Origin: an uncultured Candidatus Saccharibacteria bacterium
GTDB lineage: Bacteria; Patescibacteriota; Minisyncoccia; Phycocordibacterales; Zambryskibacteraceae
Assembly (NCBI GenBank): GCA_964582295.1
Contig: CAZOQP010000001.1
Location: 9,588 to 73,587, forward strand
Direction of reading: 5' to 3'
DNA: 64,000 nucleotides
Shown here one piece after another: positions 57,145-64,000 of this stretch (position 1 is its first letter; every line of letters begins with the position of its first letter). Below the pieces are notes generated by a model. That model saw nothing but the letters and a program-made list of their open reading frames with translations, searched no databases and was not told the origin of the DNA. The position numbers and the translations under genes were made by a program.

Positions 57145-57768
57145 TTAAGATTTCTTGCTCAGGATCTTGACGAGAGTTCCTCTGCGTCCCGGCACGGCTC
57201 CTGCAAGAAGTATTTCGTTCGCTTCGGGAAGGACTTGAAGAACTTTCAGGTTATCAACCGTGACAATGGTGCCTCCCATGCGGCCGGCCATCCTTTTACC
57301 TTTAGGCACTTTGGTGCGAAGCCCGCCTCCAATAGAGCCCGGCTCACGTTCCGAGTGCTTCTGGCCGTGAGAGCGCGGGCCGCCGTGGAAGCCGTGGCGC
57401 CTTACAACACCCTGAAAGCCTTTGCCTTTAGAGGTTGCTGTGACGCGCACTATATCTCCGACCGAGAAAGTGGAAACATCAAGTGATGCACCTCTTTCAA
57501 GACCGAGCGACTCACCTGTTTTAGAGCGGAACTCGCGGAGAACTTTGAAATTTCCAAGTTCCTTTGTGTGGCCTTTGAGCGCCTTTGAGATCCTTTTTTC
57601 TTTACGCGTACCCGCACCTACCTGCACAGCCTCATATCCGTCCGAGGAAGAATTTTTCACCTGGGTTACCACCACCGGTGTAACAGAGATGATGGTGGCA
57701 GCATGAACACGGCCTTCTTCGTCGAAGACCTGTGTCATTTCTTTTTTTTCTCCAAGAATAAATTTCAT
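57145..57768 (-). CDS. rplC: 50S ribosomal protein L3
   Basis: MTQVF, DGYEAVQVG, SKGKGFQG, MAGRMG; start ATG 57768. Confidence 0.97.
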   Translation of the reverse strand: MKFILGEKKEMTQVFDEEGRVHAATIISVTPVVVTQVKNSSSDGYEAVQVGAGTRKEKRISKALKGHTKELGNFKVLREFRSKTGESLGLERGASLDVSTFSVGDIVRVTATSKGKGFQGVVRRHGFHGGPRSHGQKHSEREPGSIGGGLRTKVPKGKRMAGRMGGTIVTVDNLKVLQVLPEANEILLAGAVPGRRGTLVKILSKKS

Positions 57769-57854
57769 ATAAGTTTCTAAGTTCAAAAAGTTCCGCTCGC
57801 TTTGCGAGTTTATAAGTTCTATAAGTTTCAAACTTACCTAACTTATTTAACTTC

Positions 57855-58235
57855 CTAAACTATTTTCACGTCTATCATCACGCCCGAGGGCAGAGAAAGA
57901 TTAGTGAGTGATTCGATGAGCTTCGGTGTAGGGTTCAGAATATCTATCAATCGCTTGTGTATCCTCATCTCAAATTGCTCTCGCGCGTTTTTGTAGACGA
58001 AGGCCGAGCGGTTGACAGTGTATTTCTTGAACTCTGTCGGAAGAGGGATAGGACCATGCACTACTGCATCGTAGCGCTCGGCTGTATCTATGATCTGCTT
58101 CACCGAAAGGTCAAGAATCTTGTTCTCGTAAGCCCGCACTCTTATGCGCAGGCGCGAGATAGCCGGTTCTTCCTTCTTTTTGGAAGGTTTCTTGGCTTTC
58201 TCTTCCGTGTTGGTTTTTTTTGTTGACGATGCCAT
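57855..58235 (-). CDS. rpsJ: 30S ribosomal protein S10
   Basis: RIRVRAY, GPIPLPT, REQFEMRIHKRLIDI. Confidence 0.97.
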   Translation of the reverse strand: MASSTKKTNTEEKAKKPSKKKEEPAISRLRIRVRAYENKILDLSVKQIIDTAERYDAVVHGPIPLPTEFKKYTVNRSAFVYKNAREQFEMRIHKRLIDILNPTPKLIESLTNLSLPSGVMIDVKIV

Positions 58236-58271
58236 GTAAGGAACTTTGATTTCGGTCGGGTCCTCTAGAGC

Positions 58272-59471
58272 TTAGGCAACTATTTTTGTTACCACGCCTG
58301 CACCCACCGTTTTGCCTCCTTCACGGATGGCGAAACGCATTTTATCTTCAATAGCAACTGGCGCCACGAGCTTCACTTTGAAAGTCACAGTGTCTCCAGG
58401 CATTACCATTTCAACACCTTCAGCCAAAGTAACTTCGCCTGTTACATCCGTGGTGCGGATGTAGAACTGCGGCTTGTAGCCAGTGAAGAACGGAGTGTGG
58501 CGGCCTCCCTCTTCTTTCTTGAGGATGTACACTTCCGCCTCAAAATCAGTATGAGGTTTAACAGAGCCTGTCTTTGCAAGCACCTGGCCGCGAGTGAGGT
58601 CTTCCTTGCGGGTACCGCGAAGAAGAATACCTGCGTTGTCTCCCGCCTGACCCTGCTGAAGCGATTTGTTGAACATTTCAATTCCGGTCACAGTTGTCTT
58701 GGCGGTGTCCTTAAGGCCAACGATCTCTATTTCATCACCTACCTTGAGAGTACCGCGCTCGATCCTTCCGGTTGCCACTGTGCCTCGGCCTTCAATAGAG
58801 AAGATGTCTTCGATAGGCATGAGGAACGGCTTGTCCAATTCACGCTCCGGGATCGGAATGTAGCTGTCCAAGGTGTTTACAAGCTCAAGAATTTTCTTTG
58901 CCCACTCGTCGTCATTCGTTGATGCTTCAAGGGCTTTAAGTCCTGAACCGCGGATGATAGGAGCATTCGCACCGTCGTAATTCTGCTTGGTCAAAAGCTC
59001 GCGCACTTCCTCTTCCACGAGGTCGATAAGTTCCTGATCAGGAACCATGTCGCACTTGTTTAGGAAGACGATGACTTTCGGCACACCCACCTGGCGGGCG
59101 AGCAGAATGTGCTCACGTGTCTGCGGCATCACGCCGTCCGTAGCTGCCACCACAAGGATAGCGCCGTCCATCTGAGCCGCACCAGTGATCATGTTCTTGA
59201 TGTAGTCGGCGTGGCCTGGAGCATCGATGTGAGCATAGTGCCTGTTCGGCGTCTCATACTCGTTGTGGGAAAGGGCGATAGTAATACCGCGGGCCTTTTC
59301 CTCAGGAGCCTTGTCAATGCCGTCAATGCCAACAACCTTAGCGGAGTAGCCATCTCCTTGGCGGTTCAAAACCGAAAGAATAGCCGCCGTAAGGGTGGTT
59401 TTGCCGTGGTCAACGTGGCCGATGGTGCCTACGTTCACATGCGGCTTCGAACGATCAAATTCTGCTGCCAT
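58272..59471 (-). CDS. tuf: elongation factor Tu
   Basis: [29 protein letters not shown]. Confidence 0.98.
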   Translation of the reverse strand: MAAEFDRSKPHVNVGTIGHVDHGKTTLTAAILSVLNRQGDGYSAKVVGIDGIDKAPEEKARGITIALSHNEYETPNRHYAHIDAPGHADYIKNMITGAAQMDGAILVVAATDGVMPQTREHILLARQVGVPKVIVFLNKCDMVPDQELIDLVEEEVRELLTKQNYDGANAPIIRGSGLKALEASTNDDEWAKKILELVNTLDSYIPIPERELDKPFLMPIEDIFSIEGRGTVATGRIERGTLKVGDEIEIVGLKDTAKTTVTGIEMFNKSLQQGQAGDNAGILLRGTRKEDLTRGQVLAKTGSVKPHTDFEAEVYILKKEEGGRHTPFFTGYKPQFYIRTTDVTGEVTLAEGVEMVMPGDTVTFKVKLVAPVAIEDKMRFAIREGGKTVGAGVVTKIVA

Positions 59472-59642
59472 GGTAATTATTGGGAATAAAAGATAATAAG
59501 TTGAAGAGTACCGCGCTTTCCCTGTCGCGAGAGCGTTGACAGAGAGAACGTGCTACAGCGCCATAACGAAAAAAGCCGAAACAGGCGGTAGGGAATATCT
59601 TACGGGAGAGCCACGGAAAGTCAACCCCGAACAGACCTATAG

Positions 59643-59684
59643 AGCAAAAACCCTGTCCGCCAGCTGGCGGACAGGGTTTTTGCT
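59643..59684. terminator. 42-bp perfect palindrome
   Basis: agcaaaaaccctgtccgccagctggcggacagggtttttgct. Confidence 0.7.
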
Positions 59685-59711
59685 TTCCGGATACCAATAC
59701 CGGCTTAAGTC

Positions 59712-60404
59712 TTATTGCTGTCTGTGAGACATTTCTGAACGAGCTCTGTCAAGCCAGCGTGCCGCAGCTTCCTGACCTCCGAGCCCGAATGAAAGGCCGA
59801 ATGCCAAGGCGATAGCTACTACAACACCCATGAAGAGGGTCTGAATGATCTGCACTCCGATACCAAGCTGTGAAAGTGCGACCAAGAGACCGAAGATCCA
59901 GATGGACCAGCGAGCGAGCGTGCCGAGCATATTGGCAGAGCGAACTTCAGCCGCCCTTGCGGACGATGAAACTATTCTCTGTACAACGTCACCCAATACA
60001 CCAGCCACTAGAAGGACAAGCACTGCTACGATCACCTGAGGAAGGTAGCCCAAAACTGCCTGGGAGAGGAAAGCATTGACCTGACTAAGGCCAAGAACCT
60101 CAAAAGCAGCGATGAAGAACACCACGATAATGAACCATTTAACCAAGCCACCTACAAAGGCGCCCGAGTTCAAGTTCATGCCGCCGCGGCGCATCAAGTC
60201 CTCCGCACCGGTCTTCTTGAGGGCTTCATCAACTCTAATTGAACGGAATATCTGCCAAATTGCTTTGCCGATTACCGAACCGATAAGCCAGCCCAAGATA
60301 ACGATGATCAAGGCAACTACGAGATTCGGAAGGAATCGCGCTACGCCGAGCCATACGTCTTGAAATGACGCTGTTAAAACGTCACCCCATGTCTGAAACA
60401 TCAT
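59712..60404 (-). CDS. conserved TM-helix repeat protein (MscS-associated/CmpX-like)
   Basis: Repeated FLPNLVVA and YLPQVIVA helices, AFGLSFGLGG. Confidence 0.8.
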   Translation of the reverse strand: MMFQTWGDVLTASFQDVWLGVARFLPNLVVALIIVILGWLIGSVIGKAIWQIFRSIRVDEALKKTGAEDLMRRGGMNLNSGAFVGGLVKWFIIVVFFIAAFEVLGLSQVNAFLSQAVLGYLPQVIVAVLVLLVAGVLGDVVQRIVSSSARAAEVRSANMLGTLARWSIWIFGLLVALSQLGIGVQIIQTLFMGVVVAIALAFGLSFGLGGQEAAARWLDRARSEMSHRQQ

Positions 60405-60467
60405 ATGATTACTGTTATTGCTTTAATAATGACCTTAATTTGAGACCCTGTAATACATTATAGCCCC

Positions 60468-60522
60468 TGTGGAAAAGCTGGGGGACAAATGCATGGAAAA
60501 CGTGTGGATAAGCCGGGGAAAA
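60468..60522. promoter_or_regulatory. phased array of DnaA-box-like 9-mers
   Basis: One perfect TGTGGATAA (60503-60511) and four degenerate copies at 11-12 bp spacing. Confidence 0.45.
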
Positions 60523-60524
60523 CC

Positions 60525-61157
60525 CTACTCTGCAAAAATGGCCAGTTTATTGAGGATTTTGTCGTGCTTATAGTCAAAAACGTCCCTTATAAGCTTGTCA
60601 TACATGCCGTAACGATATAAAAATTCAGGGGTTTCAAAGGCGGCATAGCGAATTTCACGGCCTAGCTTGGCCTCTATAAGCCCAACCGCTTTTTCAACAG
60701 CTGCTTTTTTCATATTGTCGGCGACCACAATGAGGTCCAGGCGCGCCTCCGTATCTTCTAGGAACATTCCCGAGATGCTTACGAGCTTCAAGGTGCCCGT
60801 TTGGGAAAGCTTGGTCACGATATCTTTCGATGGAAGGATGTTGGTGCGGTGGAAAAACTGGTTAAGGGCATCCGTAAGAGGAAAATTGGGGTGGAGCATC
60901 CACACGGTTTTTCTCACGCGCGTAGTTTTCCTTTTCCCGCCTTTTTTAACTACCAAGTCCCGGACAGCTCTCCCCCGCTTCAGGAATCCGAGCTTTTGGA
61001 GGTAATCTATCGCATTTTTAGCCCACTCCGGGTTTTCCTTCACCCTGTCGGTTATTTCTTCATGCGTCAGGGCAGTTTCCTGATTGAACAGGAAAAACTT
61101 GAGGGTCTTAACCGTTGCCGCTCCGCCAAACAGCTTTTCCAGTATTGCATCCGTCAT
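60525..61157 (-). CDS. winged-helix plus nucleotidyltransferase-like protein
   Basis: LEKLFG...LKFFLFN N-terminal HTH-like region; SGMF...LDLIVV; EIRY. Confidence 0.65.
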   Translation of the reverse strand: MTDAILEKLFGGAATVKTLKFFLFNQETALTHEEITDRVKENPEWAKNAIDYLQKLGFLKRGRAVRDLVVKKGGKRKTTRVRKTVWMLHPNFPLTDALNQFFHRTNILPSKDIVTKLSQTGTLKLVSISGMFLEDTEARLDLIVVADNMKKAAVEKAVGLIEAKLGREIRYAAFETPEFLYRYGMYDKLIRDVFDYKHDKILNKLAIFAE

Positions 61158-61202
61158 TGCATTTCTATACTTTGGATTGTATTCCTAAAATCAAAGAGAG
61201 CA

Positions 61203-61244
61203 AGTGCATCAAAAAACGCCCCTAGGGGCGTTTTTTGATGCACT
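61203..61244. terminator. 42-bp perfect palindrome after rplL
   Basis: agtgcatcaaaaaacgcccctaggggcgttttttgatgcact. Confidence 0.75.
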
Positions 61245-61257
61245 AATGCAATATCTC

Positions 61258-61653
61258 TTATTTGAGGGTCACTTTTCCTCCTGCCTCTTCTATTCTTTTC
61301 TTCAATTCTTCCGCTTCTTCCTTTTTCATATCCGGCTTGAGGACTGCAGGTGCACCGTCCACGAGGTCTTTTGCTTCCTTGAGACCAAGAGCGAGAACTT
61401 CCTTCACAATCTTGATAACTGCGATCTTGTTTGCGCCGCCATCTGTCAATTCAACCGCGAAGGTTGATTTCTCTTCGGCCTCTGCTCCACCACCGGCTGC
61501 CGGGGCTGCCGCTACTGCCGTTGCTGATACTCCGAACTTTGTTTCAAACACTTTCACAAGCTCATTTAGATCAATGACCGACATAGCTTCTATCTCGTCC
61601 ACTATCTTTTTGAACTTTGCAGGAACTTCTGCTTTTACCTGTGTGTCTTCCAT
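61258..61653 (-). CDS. rplL: 50S ribosomal protein L7/L12
   Basis: [23 protein letters not shown]. Confidence 0.97.
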   Translation of the reverse strand: MEDTQVKAEVPAKFKKIVDEIEAMSVIDLNELVKVFETKFGVSATAVAAAPAAGGGAEAEEKSTFAVELTDGGANKIAVIKIVKEVLALGLKEAKDLVDGAPAVLKPDMKKEEAEELKKRIEEAGGKVTLK

Positions 61654-61664
61654 GTTTTTGTTAA

Positions 61665-62150
61665 TTATTTTTTATCTGCTATCGCTTTAAGACCAATAAC
61701 CAATCGCTGTATAGGCGAATTGATGATGTTCACGAATTTGCCGTGAAGAACGGAGAGAGAAGGAATGGATGCGATATTCATCATTTCTTCCCTGTTCATG
61801 AACTTTCCTTCGAAAACTCCTCCCAAAATGGAAAGGTTCTCCGGGAATTTTTTCTGGAACTCAAAGATGTTGCGTGCCGGTGCAACCAGGTCTTCTCCGT
61901 ATGCCCATGCGACTTCTCCGGGAAGCTCGGGCTCTGTTCCTTCCACTTTTAGATCTTCAAGAGCTTTGCCCATGAGAGATTTCTTCGCAACGGTATATGA
62001 AATACCTTCACCTGTGAGGGCTCTGCGAAGATTAGTGGTATCTGCCACGTTCAAACCTTTGAAGTGCACGAACACAATAGACTTGGCTTTTTTGGCCGCA
62101 ATTTTGAGTTTCTCAAGGATCTCTCCTTTTTTTGCTTTGTTTAATGCCAT
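61665..62150 (-). CDS. rplJ: 50S ribosomal protein L10
   Basis: FKGLNV, LRRAL, VAKKSL, ILGG..EG, IASIPS. Confidence 0.95.
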   Translation of the reverse strand: MALNKAKKGEILEKLKIAAKKAKSIVFVHFKGLNVADTTNLRRALTGEGISYTVAKKSLMGKALEDLKVEGTEPELPGEVAWAYGEDLVAPARNIFEFQKKFPENLSILGGVFEGKFMNREEMMNIASIPSLSVLHGKFVNIINSPIQRLVIGLKAIADKK

Positions 62151-62179
62151 TTTTTAGCTGTTTTGCTAAAAATAAAATC

Positions 62180-62278
62180 GACCTGTAAGGGCCGAATGAG
62201 AATGGGAAACATCTTTCAATGTTTCCGCCTCGGCGGGTCTTCTGTCTTTAGACCGCCCGCTGTCTTTGGCCTTACGAG
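62180..62278 (-). promoter_or_regulatory. L10 leader (autoregulatory RNA)
   Basis: Minus strand AAGACAGCGGG...CCCGCCGAGG, resembling the L10-leader pattern, directly upstream of rplJ. Confidence 0.65.
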
Positions 62279-62313
62279 GGGTACTTTACGTAAATAAATA
62301 GTAAAAAGCAATA

Positions 62314-62340
62314 GGGGCGGACGCCGTTGGCGTCCGCCCC
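62314..62340. terminator. hairpin after gmk
   Basis: ggggcggacgcc-gtt-ggcgtccgcccc. Confidence 0.65.
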
Positions 62341-62351
62341 CTGTATCACTT

Positions 62352-63062
62352 TTAGAACTCGCGAAGAAGTATTTCCACCCTTTCTGCCATCGCCTTAACA
62401 GTTAAGCGCTCTGCTCTTTCGGAATCTGCCGAAGCAACATGTGCTCCCCTGTTCCGTCTCGCTCGCTCTACACGAATGATGGCGGCGAGATCTTCCACTG
62501 CATGCTCAAGTATGTCGTTCTCAACAACATAATCGAACAGGAGGAAGGACTCAATCTCGCCACGAGCATTATTCATACGCTCTGCAAAGTCGATAACGGA
62601 TTTGCTCTCATTAAATACTTTTCCTTGCTCGACCGCTCTTTGCTTCTCGGCTGCCATACGGTCGGTCAAGCGACGCATGAGAACCCTTTTGGAGGGCGGG
62701 ATGATGAAGATACTCAATGCATCAGGGCGCTTATCCTTTACCTGCCTTTGGCCCTGCACATCGATATCAAGCAGAACATCCTTTCCTGAGGCCAGCATTT
62801 CTTCGAGTGCCTGGATACTTGTGCCATACCAGTTGCCATGCACTTCTGCCCACTCCACGAATTCACCCGCATCTTTCATTCGGATGAACTCGTCAACCCC
62901 TCGAAAGAAATAATGCACTCCCTCATCCTCATTGGGCCGTAGCAAACGCGTGGTATGGGATACACTAAAACCCAGGCAAAGCATGGAATCCATCACTCCT
63001 GTGAGAAGAGTGCCCTTACCCACACCCGAAGGACCTGAAGCAACAACTGGCATTCTATTCAT
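62352..63062 (-). CDS. gmk: guanylate kinase
   Basis: SGPSGVGKGT, SVSHTTR, EWAEVHGNWYGT, LDIDVQG. Confidence 0.93.
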   Translation of the reverse strand: MNRMPVVASGPSGVGKGTLLTGVMDSMLCLGFSVSHTTRLLRPNEDEGVHYFFRGVDEFIRMKDAGEFVEWAEVHGNWYGTSIQALEEMLASGKDVLLDIDVQGQRQVKDKRPDALSIFIIPPSKRVLMRRLTDRMAAEKQRAVEQGKVFNESKSVIDFAERMNNARGEIESFLLFDYVVENDILEHAVEDLAAIIRVERARRNRGAHVASADSERAERLTVKAMAERVEILLREF

Positions 63063-63131
63063 GTGAACTCCTGAAAGAGCGAAGATTACTAGAACTCTAG
63101 GGTGTATTCAACACAAAAATCAAAAATTAGC

Positions 63132-63173
63132 AAACAAATAAACCCGCCAGCCGGCTGGCGGGTTTATTTGTTT
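63132..63173. terminator. 42-bp perfect palindrome after fusA
   Basis: aaacaaataaacccgccagccggctggcgggtttatttgttt. Confidence 0.75.
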
Positions 63174-64000
63174 TTATTTTCTGGATTCAATAATGGTCTG
63201 CGCTACGTTAGGTGGGACGATGGCATAGTGATCAAATTCCATAGTGGAAGATGCGCGGCCTTCAGTCATGGAGCGAAGGGATGTTACATATCCGAACATT
63301 TCTGAAAGAGGAACTTTAGCACGAATAACTTTCAATTCACCTCTCTCTTCCATACCTTCTATTTGTCCACGCTTGCCAGAAAGGTTGCCTGTTACATCAC
63401 CCATGAATTTCTCTGGTGTTACAACTTCTATTTTCATAATAGGTTCAAGGAGAACCGGTTTGGCTTTTTTAGCCGCTTCCTGGAAAGCTTGCGAAGCCGC
63501 TATCTTGTAAGCAATTTCAGACGAGTCCACATCGTGATAAGAACCATATAAAAGCTCGCATGAAATATCAGTCATCTTGAAGCCGGCGAGAATACCTCTG
63601 TCCATGGCCTCGCGTACACCCTTCTCCACGGCCGGAATGAATTCCTGTGGAATTACACCGCCTTTGATGGAATCAATGAATTCAAAGCCATCCTCGCGAT
63701 GCGCATTTTTAGGCACCTTTTCTTCCGGATCATATTCAGGAAGCGGCTTGATGAGGATCTTTACGTGACCGTACTGGCCCTTTCCTCCCGTCTGCTTGAT
63801 ATATTTATTTTCCACTTCAGCTTCACCTGTGATGGTTTCTTTGTATGCCACCTGGGGCGCACCCACATTTGCTTCCACGCCGAATTCTCTCTTCATACGA
63901 TCAACAATGATCTCCAAATGAAGCTCTCCCATGCCCATAATGACGGTTTCCGCTGTTTCCTGATCAGACTTGATCCTGAATGTCGGGTCTTCATCAGAAA
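63174..64000 (-). CDS. fusA: elongation factor G (3' part; runs off the window edge)
   Basis: [42 protein letters not shown]. Confidence 0.97.
   Translation of the reverse strand, partial: SDEDPTFRIKSDQETAETVIMGMGELHLEIIVDRMKREFGVEANVGAPQVAYKETITGEAEVENKYIKQTGGKGQYGHVKILIKPLPEYDPEEKVPKNAHREDGFEFIDSIKGGVIPQEFIPAVEKGVREAMDRGILAGFKMTDISCELLYGSYHDVDSSEIAYKIAASQAFQEAAKKAKPVLLEPIMKIEVVTPEKFMGDVTGNLSGKRGQIEGMEERGELKVIRAKVPLSEMFGYVTSLRSMTEGRASSTMEFDHYAIVPPNVAQTIIESRK

Noticed and set aside
60405-60522. oriC call
   Set aside because: Only one perfect DnaA box, no dnaA/dnaN and no change in gene orientation

Overview
Chromosomal window from a Patescibacteria/CPR (Parcubacteria-like) genome in genetic code 11. 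The taxonomic call is an inference from the missing rpmD between rpsE and rplO, the large type IV pilus/competence locus, tRNA-Ile(UAU) and frequent leaderless-type promoters. In order it holds: two CAU tRNAs; gatA-gatC-ligA; a pil/com cluster; an AT-rich defence-type island next to tRNA-Ser (D12-class adenine MTase, wH-HNH nuclease, minimal DpnI-like nuclease, sce7726 plus beta-family pair, HigB/HigA-IrrE); recG, ftsH, smpB and tmRNA; membrane and lipid genes; infC-rpmI-rplT; the S10-spc ribosomal protein cluster; tuf, rplJL, gmk and the 3' part of fusA. The main find is a complete diversity-generating retroelement (DGR) plus a hairpin-flanked HUH/RAYT transposase, lodged between rplB and rpsS. 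Its TR and VR differ at 14 of 129 positions, all of them TR adenines. The RT and Avd genes are head-to-head and overlap across one C11/G11 tract, and removing one base from that tract puts both ATG starts in frame at once (a candidate coupled phase-variation switch). The window also carries three copies of a modular nested-hairpin repeat placed just after stop codons, and a family of REP-like palindromes, one of which lies inside the RT coding sequence. All calls come from reading the sequence; no database searches were run.
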